DNA of 45,500 bases, from positions 1 through 45,500 of the forward strand of contig JBCCHT010000065.1 in assembly GCA_039028615.1 (NCBI GenBank). Reading direction: 5' to 3'. This document shows, piece by piece, positions 31,065-40,826 of this stretch. Each line of letters starts with the position of its first letter. Positions within the stretch are counted from its first letter, which is position 1. Source of the DNA: Myxococcota bacterium. Lineage in GTDB: Bacteria; Myxococcota_A; Polyangia; Nannocystales; Nannocystaceae. Both the position numbers and the translations under genes were made by a program. Under the pieces are notes generated by a model. The model saw only the letters and a list, made by a program, of their open reading frames with translations. It searched no databases and had not been told where the DNA came from.

Positions 31065-31725
31065 GGGCCCGCCCCTCCTTGGCCGAGTCCTGCCCGCGCA
31101 GGTCACCGAGGTGCTCGCGCAGCTTCTCGAGCGCGTAGCGCATGCGGCTTTTGACCGTGTTCTCCGGGACGCCCAGGGTCTCGCCGATCTCTCGGAACGA
31201 GAGCCCGCTCAGCTGTCGGAGCAAGAACACTTCGCGCTGGTCGTCGGGCAGCGCGTCGATGGCCTTGGCCATGCGCTTGCGGAGCGTGGGAGCTTCGGCC
31301 GCCTCGTCGGTGGGGACCTCCTTGGCCGGCATGCGCGAGAGCATGTCGCCGCCCGCCTCGCCGTCCTTGCCGGGGCGCTTGGCGTCGAGCGACTGATGAT
31401 CGCGGAAGCGAGCGCGGCGGCTCTCGTCGACGCACAGGTTGCGCGCGATGGCATAGATCCAGGTAGTGAACTTCGCGGTGCGTTCGTAGCGGTCCTTGGC
31501 TCGGACCACGCGCAGGAACACTTCCTGGAGCAGCTCTTCGGCGCGGGACCGGTCGCGGACGCTTCGCAGGATGAAGTTGAAGATGCCTCGCTGGTGCCGC
31601 TGCACGAGCCGTTCGAAGGCTCGCGCGTCACCCTTGCGGAACGCGAGCATCAGCTCGGCGTCCGAGGGTCCGTCGGGCGATCCTTCGGGCGTCGTGGCGC
31701 CTGAGGGCGAAGCGGGGGGAGCCAT
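31057..31725 (-). CDS. ECF RNA polymerase sigma factor
   Basis: GDARAFERLV, AEELLQEVFL, FTTWIYAIARN, LPDDQREVFLL, SFREIGE, ENTVKSRMRYA. Confidence 0.95.
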   Translation of the reverse strand: MAPPASPSGATTPEGSPDGPSDAELMLAFRKGDARAFERLVQRHQRGIFNFILRSVRDRSRAEELLQEVFLRVVRAKDRYERTAKFTTWIYAIARNLCVDESRRARFRDHQSLDAKRPGKDGEAGGDMLSRMPAKEVPTDEAAEAPTLRKRMAKAIDALPDDQREVFLLRQLSGLSFREIGETLGVPENTVKSRMRYALEKLREHLGDLRGQDSAKEGRAHV

Positions 31726-32120
31726 GAAGCAAAGACCGAGCGCAGCGCGTCGGCCCCCAGTGTGCGCTGCCTCGCGCCCTGCGAGCAACCACCTGCGCCG
31801 CACCGGCCCGGCGGGCGCACCCAAACGCAGGTTTGCTGCCCGAGGCCGGGCCCGGACGGCGGGACGGACGAACACGCGATCGAGGCCCGACACAGCGCCC
31901 TTCGACGAGCGACGCGCCCGGAGAAGAGATCCCCCGCCCGCGACCCGCTCGCCCCTGGATGGAGGCTGGTACGACGACCCGAACGCGGCTCCTGCCCCGA
32001 CCCGTGGGCGGGGTGCTGAGGAGAACGCAGACATCGGTCGATGCGACTTCACCATCCAACGCAGGGGGACGCCGTCGGGTCTGCCCAGGTGTGGAAAGGC
32101 ACATGGCATGCTTGGACCCC

Positions 32121-32336
32121 ATGCCCAGCCACGCCGTGCGACGTCTAATCGCCGTGGATGAAGCCACGCGGCAGGCCGGCCGACTCCAGGTCGAGGTGGA
32201 GCTCGTCTGTGGGTGCCGGATTGCCCGCACCGTGGGCGAGGACCGCATCGTCGAGCGACCCGGGGGGGAGCGCTTCGTGGTCGGCAAGTTCCCCTGCCCG
32301 GCCGGCCACCCGGTGCGCCGACCGGACGACGGCTAG
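32121..32336 (+). CDS. Small hypothetical protein with CxC and CxxxH motifs
   Basis: 71 aa from MPSHAV; LVCGC and FPCPAGHP; GC-biased third codon positions. Confidence 0.6.
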   Translation: MPSHAVRRLIAVDEATRQAGRLQVEVELVCGCRIARTVGEDRIVERPGGERFVVGKFPCPAGHPVRRPDDG

Positions 32337-33616
32337 TCGGGTCGCAGGGTAGACGGAGGCCAGCGCAGCTCCACGCCGATCGGATCGTGATCGGACACGT
32401 GCATGCCCTGGTGACGCGGTCGGTCCACCGTCCACGCCGACCGCGGCTGCACGTCGCGCCCCGCGAACCAATCCAGGCGCATCGGCACCGTGCCCCGCCA
32501 TGGCTCCAGCCGCTGCTGCAAGTAGCGCAAGGCCGGCTTGGGCAGCACGCGGCCGACCTTGTCTTCGAGCTCGGGATCGTTGAGGTCGAAGCGCAGCGTG
32601 CCCGCGCTCGGATCGACGAAGCCCTCGGTGCTCAGTCCCGCCTCGGCCAGCGCGTCGAACAGATGACGCTCGAACACCGCGTACGGGGTCATGTACTGCG
32701 CCACCGTCCCGGCGAAGCCGAAGCGCACCAGCTTGTGCGTGATGTTGGCGGCCAGCCCCAGCGGGCCCCCGAGGTCGTACGTGTTGGTGTTGAAGTCGCC
32801 GCCGACCAGCACGCCCTGCCCGGGTGCGCCGTCGAGCGCTCCCAGCACCAGCCGCATCTGTCGGGCACGGTGCGCGGGCGGGGCGAAGGGATCGAGGTGC
32901 ACCACCCCCACGGTGAGCGGTTGCCCTGGGGTGTCCAGCTCGACCAGCACGGCCCGCTTGGCGCCGAGCCTCCGCTCCACCGCGCCCAGCTTGTCGCCGA
33001 ACTCGGGCAAGGGCACGCCTCGCACCCGACGCACGGGGAACCGGGTCAACAGCGCCACGCCGTGCATGGCCAGCGTGTTGGCGACGCCGTGGTCGAGCTC
33101 GGCCGGGTCACCCGCGGACAGCAGCACGTGGCTGGGCGAGAACACGTGGCCCATGCCCAGCCGCTTGGCGAGCTGCCCCGCGACGTCGCGGTTGTCCGAG
33201 CGCCCTACCCCGAGGTCGACCTCGGTGAGCAACGCGATGTCGAGGTCCTGCATCTGGGGATGCTCGTCGAAGATGCCGCAGATCGCCGACCAGCGCTTGC
33301 CTCGCTCGACGTTCCACGCCACCGCCCGCAGTCTTCCTTCGTGCACGGTGCGGGTCGCGTTCGCGTCGCGGAGGTCCCACTTGTGACCGCGAATGAGCGC
33401 CTCCACCTCGGCTCGATGTCGCTGGTAGGCCGGGTCTCGCTCGAGCTCCACGCGGCTGCCCAGCGTGCTCCAGTGCTCGAGACAGTCCCCGAGGTCGTGC
33501 TCGAGTCGTTGCACGGGCTCGATGGGCCGCACCCAATCCTCGGGACGACTCTCCTCCGCCCAACGCCGTCGCCTCGCCCGGGGACGCTCCCGTCCGGTGA
33601 GTTCCGTAATCGCCAT
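32333..33616 (-). CDS. Endonuclease/exonuclease/phosphatase (EEP) family protein
   Basis: WNVERG, LLTEVD, VHLD, GGDFN, LDW, SDH motifs. Confidence 0.9.
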   Translation of the reverse strand: MAITELTGRERPRARRRRWAEESRPEDWVRPIEPVQRLEHDLGDCLEHWSTLGSRVELERDPAYQRHRAEVEALIRGHKWDLRDANATRTVHEGRLRAVAWNVERGKRWSAICGIFDEHPQMQDLDIALLTEVDLGVGRSDNRDVAGQLAKRLGMGHVFSPSHVLLSAGDPAELDHGVANTLAMHGVALLTRFPVRRVRGVPLPEFGDKLGAVERRLGAKRAVLVELDTPGQPLTVGVVHLDPFAPPAHRARQMRLVLGALDGAPGQGVLVGGDFNTNTYDLGGPLGLAANITHKLVRFGFAGTVAQYMTPYAVFERHLFDALAEAGLSTEGFVDPSAGTLRFDLNDPELEDKVGRVLPKPALRYLQQRLEPWRGTVPMRLDWFAGRDVQPRSAWTVDRPRHQGMHVSDHDPIGVELRWPPSTLRPD

Positions 33617-33637
33617 GGATAGTCTCGTACGGTCTGG

Positions 33638-34447
33638 TCAGCGGCCCGCGGCTTCGCGCATGGATCCGGCCATCCGCGACGCGAGCCGTCGCCACGCCCA
33701 GCGCGGCATCACGCCGTGCAGCCGCAGCAGGTTCCGCATGTAGAAGCCAGGCACGGTGAGCGCTCGACCGCGCTCGAAGGCCGCGAGGGCCTCCGCCGCG
33801 CACTGCTCCGCCGAGATCGCCACCCGACCGGGCGTCTTGAGCCCCACCGTGTTCTCGGTGTGATCGTTGAACTCGGTGAGCACCGGTCCGGGGCAGACCT
33901 GGCTGACCACCACCCCGCGCGGTGCAACCTCGGCGCGCAACGACTCGGTGAAGCCGGTCACGTAGTGCTTGGTGCCGATGTACACGGCCAGCCCGGGCGT
34001 CCAGGTCAGGCCGTAGCCCGAGCTGACGTTGAGCACCCCGCCCCGCCCTCGCTCCACCATGCCCGGCACGAGGTGGTGGCACAGGTGCGTCAGGGCCCCC
34101 ACGTTGAGGGCGAGCATGTCGTCGAGCTTGGTCCAGCGTGCGCCCTCGAGCAGGTTCTTGTCGCCGAAGCCCGCGTTGTTGATGAGCACGTCGACGGGCG
34201 GGCCCGCCCGCAAGTGATCGAGCAAAGCCTCACGCGCCTCCGCCCGGCCCAGATCGCAGACCTGCACGTCGACCTCGAGGCCGGGGTGGCGCTCGGTCAG
34301 CTCACGGGCCAAGTCCCGCAGCCGCTGCTCGCGACGCGCGACCACGACGAGGCGCTGCGCCCTCCCGGCCAGCTGCCGAGCGAGCGCATCGCCGATCCCC
34401 GCCGAGGCCCCCGTGATGAGGACCGTTCCTTCGAGCGGTGGTCGCAT
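33638..34447 (-). CDS. Short-chain dehydrogenase/reductase
   Basis: TGASAGIG, ARR, NNAG, NVSS, YIGTK (YxxxK), CPGP. Confidence 0.93.
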   Translation of the reverse strand: MRPPLEGTVLITGASAGIGDALARQLAGRAQRLVVVARREQRLRDLARELTERHPGLEVDVQVCDLGRAEAREALLDHLRAGPPVDVLINNAGFGDKNLLEGARWTKLDDMLALNVGALTHLCHHLVPGMVERGRGGVLNVSSGYGLTWTPGLAVYIGTKHYVTGFTESLRAEVAPRGVVVSQVCPGPVLTEFNDHTENTVGLKTPGRVAISAEQCAAEALAAFERGRALTVPGFYMRNLLRLHGVMPRWAWRRLASRMAGSMREAAGR

Positions 34448-34450
34448 CGG

Positions 34451-35737
34451 TCAGCCGGCGGAGGCCGAGCCCGACGCACTGCCGGACGCGCTGACGCTGG
34501 CCTGCACGTCGACGGAGACGCTGACGTTGGCCTGGATGCTGGCCGCGGCATCGAAGGCCGCCTTGAAGGGCGCGCCCACGCACGCGGTGATGCGAGCGCC
34601 CACCGAGGGAGCCGACTTGAGCGACTTGACCGTGACCTGCACGCCGTCGACGACCGCCTTGACGTTGCCCGCCACGCCGAGCGCCTGGTCCTTCATGCCG
34701 ACGCCGATCTCGAGCACGGCGGGGAGGTTCTTCTCGATGGCGGCCTTGAGGGTAGCGAAGGCCTGGGCGTCCGCCGCCCCTTCGACGTTGAGCGCGACCC
34801 GAGCGGGCTGGCACTGGATCTCGGCCGTCACCTGGGCATCACACGCCGCGTTGCACTCGGCGCTCGCCTTGGGCGGCTGCACTTCGCCCTCACACTTGGG
34901 GGCCTTCATCTCCACCGAGCACTCGCCGGTACAGGTGCCCTCGCACTTGGCCGACCCGGACAGCTCGCACGAGCCGTCGCACGAGCCTCCGCAGGAGCCC
35001 TCGGCCATGGCCGAGCAGCTGCCCTCGCAGCGACCCGCACACGAGGCGCCGTTGACCGACTTGCCGTCGCACTTGCCCGAGCAGTCACCCCCGCACGAGC
35101 CGCTGAAGTTGGCGCTGCACGAGCCGGAGCAGGTGCCCTCGCACTTGGCCGCCGCGCTCAGGTCGCAGCGCCCCTTGCACTCCGCCTCGCAGGTCCCCGA
35201 CAGCTTGCCCGGCTCGCACTCCACCGTCACCGAGCCCGGCTCCACCGAGGCGTCGCACTCCGCCACACAGTCGGCCATCGCGTCGAGCGACGCGGCACAG
35301 CGCGGCGGCTCGACGGCGAGGGTGACCTTGGCCGAGGCACCGATCTTCGCCTTGAACTCACCGATGGCCGCGATCGCGGCCTTGCACGCCTCGTTCCCCG
35401 TCTTGAAGGAGCCGCCCTTGCCCAGGTCGCGCGCCAGGCCGCCGCAGGCGGTGTTGAGCTTGGCGTCCACCTCGGCGGCAAAGCCCTTGAGCTCCACCGC
35501 CGCCCGCACGCCGCCTTGCAGCTTGCCGCCCACCGAGGCATCGACGCCGAACTCCTTGGCCCAGTCGATCTTCATGATCGCAGCCACGCTCGAGACGTCG
35601 GGGCAGGCCGCCGCCGCATCGAGGGCGCCGCTGGGGCTGCTCGGAACCCCGAACTTGTCGCAGGACACGGCGAAAGGGAGGCTGCACAGCGCCGCGCCCA
35701 GCACGACGCGGGAGATCGGAGAGGTGGGGTGGCTCAT
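34451..35737 (-). CDS. Cys-rich repeat lipoprotein
   Basis: Lipobox AVS-C; central C-x3-C-x3-C (CxGxC) repeats; helical flanks; S/A-rich tail. Confidence 0.85.
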   Translation of the reverse strand: MSHPTSPISRVVLGAALCSLPFAVSCDKFGVPSSPSGALDAAAACPDVSSVAAIMKIDWAKEFGVDASVGGKLQGGVRAAVELKGFAAEVDAKLNTACGGLARDLGKGGSFKTGNEACKAAIAAIGEFKAKIGASAKVTLAVEPPRCAASLDAMADCVAECDASVEPGSVTVECEPGKLSGTCEAECKGRCDLSAAAKCEGTCSGSCSANFSGSCGGDCSGKCDGKSVNGASCAGRCEGSCSAMAEGSCGGSCDGSCELSGSAKCEGTCTGECSVEMKAPKCEGEVQPPKASAECNAACDAQVTAEIQCQPARVALNVEGAADAQAFATLKAAIEKNLPAVLEIGVGMKDQALGVAGNVKAVVDGVQVTVKSLKSAPSVGARITACVGAPFKAAFDAAASIQANVSVSVDVQASVSASGSASGSASAG

Positions 35738-35931
35738 GTCGCAGAGGCTACACCACCCCGGGTGGCCTTCCACCGTCCCTTAATCCGCCTTAAACGGGCC
35801 TGCACGGGGCGGCGTCGGGACTGCCGATCGTGCAGTCTGAGAAGTGAGCCATGACTTCCCCCGTTGATTCGACCCTCCTCCCCGAACTTCGTTGTAACCC
35901 CCACGGTCGCCCCGTACGATCGTCTTCGCCC

Positions 35932-36549
35932 ATGCGCCGCGTACACCGTCCCTCCGTAGCCTGGGCCTTGTTGGCCGCCCCGCTGCTCGCCCTCGCCTGT
36001 GACCCGGCCGATACCGGCGGCGAGCTGGACGTCGAGCCCGAGTTCCGCGTGGCGGTGGGCAACGTGGAGAACACCGACATCGTCTTGGGCGCGCTCGTCG
36101 ACGGGGACTCGCTGGCCATCTACCAGTGCGGCGGCGACGAGACCTTCGAGACCCATACCGGCTGGTTCAACGGCGAGATCGACGAGGACGAGGCCTTCTC
36201 CATGACCCTGCACGGCATGGAGCTGTCCGGCACCCGCGACGAGGACGGCCTCTCCGGGGAGCTGGTCGACGCCGAGGGCAACCGCCACGCCTTCCGCGTG
36301 GACGCGGTCGAAGACGACGCCACCGACGGCATCTACGTGGTGGAGGACGCGGGCGTCAGCGTGGGCGTGGTGGTGCAGGAGCAGGGCGGAGCGCTCACGG
36401 CCCAGGGCTCGGGCTGCGACGAACGCCGTGCCTGCGCGCAGGTCATCATCCTGGCGCCGCTGACCGTCGAGGACGACGCCATCGACGTGCAGATCGACTT
36501 CGAGGGCGTCCGCGACCTGACGGTCACCCGCACGCTCGCCGCCCCCTGA
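35932..36549 (+). CDS. Hypothetical acidic lipoprotein
   Basis: MRRVHR..LLALA-C signal peptide; beta-rich acidic mature part. Confidence 0.75.
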   Translation: MRRVHRPSVAWALLAAPLLALACDPADTGGELDVEPEFRVAVGNVENTDIVLGALVDGDSLAIYQCGGDETFETHTGWFNGEIDEDEAFSMTLHGMELSGTRDEDGLSGELVDAEGNRHAFRVDAVEDDATDGIYVVEDAGVSVGVVVQEQGGALTAQGSGCDERRACAQVIILAPLTVEDDAIDVQIDFEGVRDLTVTRTLAAP

Positions 36550-36585
36550 TCTCGAAGCGGGCTCGCGAAGCTCGGGACGCCCACT

Positions 36586-36614
36586 GAGCCCGCGCCGGCC
36601 TCCGGTGCGGGCTC
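36586..36614. terminator. GC-rich hairpin between convergent genes
   Basis: GAGCCCGCGCCGG-CCT-CCGGTGCGGGCTC 13-bp stem; extra GCGGGCTC copy at 36557-64. Confidence 0.55.
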
Positions 36615-36637
36615 GTCCAATTGCAGTGCGGCCGGGC

Positions 36638-37438
36638 TCAGTCGATCGACATCGCGACGCTCATCGCCTGCGGCAGGCTGGAGCCCCCGTCGGCCACGAT
36701 GATCGCCCCGGTCACCAGCGAGGCCGCCTCGGAGGCCAGGAACAAGGCCACGTTCCCGATCTCCTCGATCTGCCCCACCCGACGCAGCGGGATCGACTTG
36801 CGCAGCCGCTCCCCCATGCCCGGCGGAAGCAGCCGGGACATGCCCTCGGTATCCCCGATGGGCCCCGGTGCGATGCCGTTGACCCGAACCCCGGCCGGCC
36901 CCCACTCGAGCGCCATGTTGCGCGTGGTGGCATCGACGGCGGCTTTGGCCGAGGCGGCGTGAATCTGCATCATCGTGGCCCCGTAGTGCAGGGTCGCCGA
37001 GATGTTGATGATGCACCCGCCGCCTTCGCGCAGCGCCTTTTCGAAGGCTACCCGCGAGACGTTGAAGGTGCCCACCGCATCGATGTCGAGCACGGTCTTG
37101 AAGCCATTGCTCGACAGCTGCGCCGACGGGCACAGGAAGTTCCCCGCGGCCCCGTTGACCACGATGTGGAGCCCGCCCGCCTGCTCGATGAGCGAGTCGA
37201 CCAGGGTCTCCATGCCCGCGTAGTCGCGCACGTCGCCGGGCAGCGCGATGGCGCGCCCCGAGCCCGCCTCGCAAAGCTCGGCCGCGGCCGCTTCGAGCCG
37301 CTCCGCCTTGCGCCCCACGATGCCCACCGTGGCCCCGTGCGCCACGAAGGCCCGAGCGATGCCCTTGCAGATGCCCGAGCCGCCGCCGGTCACCAGGGCG
37401 ACCTTGCCCGCGAGAAGATCGTCTTTGAATACGCTCAT
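36638..37438 (-). CDS. SDR, 2,4-dienoyl-CoA reductase-like (DECR2/SPS19 type)
   Basis: TGGGSGIC, NGAAGNFL.P...LS.NGFKTVLDID..GTFN, ISATLHY, HA.SAKA.VD, NGIAPGPI.DTEG. Confidence 0.9.
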   Translation of the reverse strand: MSVFKDDLLAGKVALVTGGGSGICKGIARAFVAHGATVGIVGRKAERLEAAAAELCEAGSGRAIALPGDVRDYAGMETLVDSLIEQAGGLHIVVNGAAGNFLCPSAQLSSNGFKTVLDIDAVGTFNVSRVAFEKALREGGGCIINISATLHYGATMMQIHAASAKAAVDATTRNMALEWGPAGVRVNGIAPGPIGDTEGMSRLLPPGMGERLRKSIPLRRVGQIEEIGNVALFLASEAASLVTGAIIVADGGSSLPQAMSVAMSID

Positions 37439-38874
37439 TTTTTCTCGAACCATTCGACGGGCATGCTCTGGGTCACCAGCTCCGCCACGGAGAAGGTGTG
37501 GATGCCCGCCTCGCGCGAGACCTCTTCGGCGAAGCTCCAGCGGGCCTCGCTGCGGGCCATGACGAAGCCGCGCGGATACTTCTGCGCGAGCCACATCGCC
37601 GTCCGCAGGTTGGTGCGGTCGACCCCCGAGCCCAACACGAACACGGGCTCGGTGCGGCTGAGGTCGATCTGCTCCGCGAGCGAGCGCCACAGGCCGGGGT
37701 CGCGCAGGTCACCCGAGAGGATGTCGCGACGGTAGTCGTTGGTGAAGCCGATCTGCTCGTCGAAGACCATGGCCCGGCGCTCGGCGTCCACGTCGATGAT
37801 CACCACGTGGTCGAAGCTGCCCGCCGCACAGCGCTGAAGCTCGCTGAGCACCGTCTCGCCGAAGCGACCGAAGCCGGCCAAGATCACCAGGTCGCGCGGC
37901 TCGGTACGCCGAAAGTGGTCGAGCACGCTGGTCTGCACCAGGTGCGAGGCGGCGATCTGGTGGCCGTTGAAGATCTGGCAGCGACGCGCCAGGCGAGTGC
38001 CCGCCATCGAGTGCAAAAATCGCAGGTCCGAGACGTGCACGACGACGTCGGGGCCGAGGTGCGGGGCCTGGGCGAGGATCTTGGTGGCCGCGTCGAGGTT
38101 GGTGAAGTCGTCGTCGGTCAGCAACAACACCCGGCGCGCGTGCTCGAGGCCGAGTCGACCCAACACCGCCGCGCTGGTGATCTCGCCGGAGACGATTCGC
38201 GCCCCGTAGGCCTCGCGAAGCTCCGCGCCGCCGCGCGAGTCGGGCGGCACCACCACCACGATGAGCACGCTCGGGTCCGCTTCCCGCAGCCGCCGCAGGT
38301 ACAGCGCGGGAATGCGCCCGGTACCCGCCACCACGACGTGCTCGCGGAGCCCGGCCAGCCGACGCTCGGGCGAGATCATGCGCAGCGCGGCATCGATCAC
38401 CGCCGACGCGGTGATGGCCGGAGCCAGGAAGTAGGCCGTCCACAGCAGGGCACGGCCCCACGCGGGACCGCCCACGGGCGTACCCAGGTCCATGCCCCCG
38501 AACAGGAACAGGCCCAGCGTGTAGTAGAGCTTGGTCAGCAGGTTCGCATCGGCGACGCCGGGTCGCTCGGTCACGTCGACCCCGGCCAAAAACCCGATCA
38601 CGCCCAGCGCGAAGGCCAGCACGGGCAGGACCAAGCGCCAGCGCCGGGCGTTGAACTTCAACCGGCGCGGGCGTTCGATGGGGACCGGCGTGGCGACCAC
38701 CGTCGGGGTTCGCCGCAGCCGCTTGGGCTCGAAGACCGCCGATTGCTCGAAGCTGGCCGCGCCCCAGAACCCCGAGACGTCACCGTCGGCCGACGCCACG
38801 CCGCCCCCCGCAAATGGCGAAGGGCCGACTCCTGAAGCGGCGGGGTCCTCGTGGTACGGCACCGGTCTTTCCAT
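37435..38874 (-). CDS. Membrane protein with two RCK/TrkA-N domains (K+-channel-like architecture)
   Basis: Two TMs flanking a pore-like helix [20 protein letters not shown] and [11 protein letters not shown]ossmann motifs; DD..NL. Confidence 0.75.
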   Translation of the reverse strand: MERPVPYHEDPAASGVGPSPFAGGGVASADGDVSGFWGAASFEQSAVFEPKRLRRTPTVVATPVPIERPRRLKFNARRWRLVLPVLAFALGVIGFLAGVDVTERPGVADANLLTKLYYTLGLFLFGGMDLGTPVGGPAWGRALLWTAYFLAPAITASAVIDAALRMISPERRLAGLREHVVVAGTGRIPALYLRRLREADPSVLIVVVVPPDSRGGAELREAYGARIVSGEITSAAVLGRLGLEHARRVLLLTDDDFTNLDAATKILAQAPHLGPDVVVHVSDLRFLHSMAGTRLARRCQIFNGHQIAASHLVQTSVLDHFRRTEPRDLVILAGFGRFGETVLSELQRCAAGSFDHVVIIDVDAERRAMVFDEQIGFTNDYRRDILSGDLRDPGLWRSLAEQIDLSRTEPVFVLGSGVDRTNLRTAMWLAQKYPRGFVMARSEARWSFAEEVSREAGIHTFSVAELVTQSMPVEWFEKK

Positions 38875-39059
38875 GCTCGCACGGTCGGGGCACCGCTCGC
38901 TACCCGGCGGCGGACCGTCCGTCCCGGCAAAACCGCAGGCTGCACCCCTTCGATCCGCAGGTGCGCGTCGACCGGAATGCGCCGCGGAAGCGTGAGCGAG
39001 CGCGGAGGCCCGGACCGGTGTTCAGCGCCCGCTGTGCGCGACCACGGCCTCCAAGGGCT

Positions 39060-40166
39060 TCACGGCGTGCGCACGACCGCGACACCCACATAGGGCGGAG
39101 CCATGTCGAGGCTGCCTCCGACACCCCAGCGCTCGTCGTCGAAGCCGAAGACCCCGTGCAGCGCAAGCGGCGTGGCTGCGTCTTCGACCTCCACGGTCAT
39201 GGCGCCCGGGGGCACGATCGCCGCCCCGCCCCAGGGTCCGACCACGGTGGCCTCTCCGTCGGGCGCCATCCAGATGCCGTTGAGGCCCTGCATCTCGCCG
39301 ATCTCCTGGGACGTCCATGCGGTGCCGTCGTAGCGCGACAGCACGGCCGTCGACCGTCCACCCACCGCGAGGATCTCGTCGGGCCCCGTGCCCCACAGCG
39401 AGATCAGGTCGAACTCGGTGCCGGAGGGGACCTCGGTCCATCCCTCGGCCTCACCCGTCCAGTGCATCAGCAGGCCCTCGTGCCCCACGGCCCACACGTC
39501 GTCGCTCGCCGTGCCCCACACCTTGAACAGCGCGTGACTCTCGATGGACAGCTCGGGCAGCTCGTAGGGCGTCCAGGTCTCGCCGTCGAAGTGGCAGGCG
39601 ACCGGATCGCGGTTGAAGCCATCGCCACCGACCGTCCACACGTCGTCGATGGCCGTGCCCCACACGCCCCACAGCGGCAAGATGGTCTCGCAGCCGTACT
39701 GCGTCCACTCGCCCTCGTCGCCGTCGCGCACCAAGATGACGCCGAAGTCACCGACGATGAAGCGACGGTCCTCGATGCCGAACACCCAGTTGAGCGTGGG
39801 TGTGTCCTTCGGCAGCGGCAGCGGCGACCACGTCTCGTCGCGGCGCTCGTACAAGGCACCCAGGCTCAACCCACCATCGAGGGGCTGGCCGGCCACCGCA
39901 TAGAGGAGGCTCGGGTCGGGACCCCACACGCTGAAGAACGCCCCGACCTCCGTGCCCGCCTCGAGGCTCAGGCTCCAGCCGGCTTGCGACTGCCCGCTGC
40001 TGCCTTCCTCCCCGCTGGAGTCCTGGGGCGTCGCCGTGCCCGACGAGGCATCGGTGGTGGCCTCGCCCGTGCTCGTGTCGCCGTGGTTCGGAGGCGCTTC
40101 GAACTCCTCACCACACCCGAGGTTCGCGGCAAGCAGCGTTCCGGCGGCGATCGAAACCGCTCGCAT
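39060..40166 (-). CDS. Beta-propeller-like repeat lipoprotein
   Basis: Lipobox NLG-C; repeated (L)xxVWG...DDVW.VG..G...H.DG..W blades. Confidence 0.8.
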   Translation of the reverse strand: MRAVSIAAGTLLAANLGCGEEFEAPPNHGDTSTGEATTDASSGTATPQDSSGEEGSSGQSQAGWSLSLEAGTEVGAFFSVWGPDPSLLYAVAGQPLDGGLSLGALYERRDETWSPLPLPKDTPTLNWVFGIEDRRFIVGDFGVILVRDGDEGEWTQYGCETILPLWGVWGTAIDDVWTVGGDGFNRDPVACHFDGETWTPYELPELSIESHALFKVWGTASDDVWAVGHEGLLMHWTGEAEGWTEVPSGTEFDLISLWGTGPDEILAVGGRSTAVLSRYDGTAWTSQEIGEMQGLNGIWMAPDGEATVVGPWGGAAIVPPGAMTVEVEDAATPLALHGVFGFDDERWGVGGSLDMAPPYVGVAVVRTP

Positions 40167-40218
40167 TCGAGTCCGTCCTTTGTTCGTCCGCATCGAGTTG
40201 TCGGGCTATCATACGCCA

Positions 40219-40797
40219 ATGAGATTGAGGCTTGGATTTGCACTGGTGGTCAGCGCGCTCGCCGTGGGGTGCGGCGACGACAGCGGCGGCACCAGCAGCT
40301 CTGGTAGTAGCTCGGGCACCACCGGTGGCACGACGGGTGCTTCGGTCCCCGGCACCACGAGCACGGGCGAGGGCACCACGGCCGCGGTCGACTCGAGCGG
40401 GGGCTCGTCGAGCGGCGGCGGCTCCACCAGCGAGGCGTCCAGCAGCTCCACGGGCATGAGCGCCACCGAGGGCACGACCGACGACACCGGCGACTCCGGG
40501 TCCGAGTCGAGCAGCGGCGGCGGCGAGCTCAATCAAGACTGCATCGACGGCTGCACGACCGAGGTCATGTGCGACACCCGATGGGCCACCGTGGACGAGT
40601 GTGCGATCGCGTGTGATGCCAACCTCCACAAGGCCGAGGCGTTCTCGCCCTTCTGCCGGGCGGCATGGGAGGGCGTGTCGGCGTGCCTGGGCACCCTGAC
40701 CTGCAAGGAGTACGCGGAGTGGGACTCGCCCACGGCGTTCCCCTACCCCTGCTCCGACGCGGACGTGGCCCTCGAAGTCGAGTGTGAAGGCCAGTAG
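40219..40797 (+). CDS. Lipoprotein with S/T/G tether and C-terminal Cys-rich domain
   Basis: MRLRLG..LAVG-C; long S/T/G linker; C-terminal Cys-rich helical domain. Confidence 0.8.
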   Translation: MRLRLGFALVVSALAVGCGDDSGGTSSSGSSSGTTGGTTGASVPGTTSTGEGTTAAVDSSGGSSSGGGSTSEASSSSTGMSATEGTTDDTGDSGSESSSGGGELNQDCIDGCTTEVMCDTRWATVDECAIACDANLHKAEAFSPFCRAAWEGVSACLGTLTCKEYAEWDSPTAFPYPCSDADVALEVECEGQ

Positions 40798-40826
40798 CGC
40801 GCGGCTGTGGCATGCTCGCCGCCACC

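Noticed and set aside
31942..32081. SRP RNA, 6S RNA or attC identity for the long hairpin
   Set aside because: No SRP GGAA-loop motif, no clear 6S central bubble or typical gene context, no paired attC core sites or integrase; kept only as an unassigned candidate
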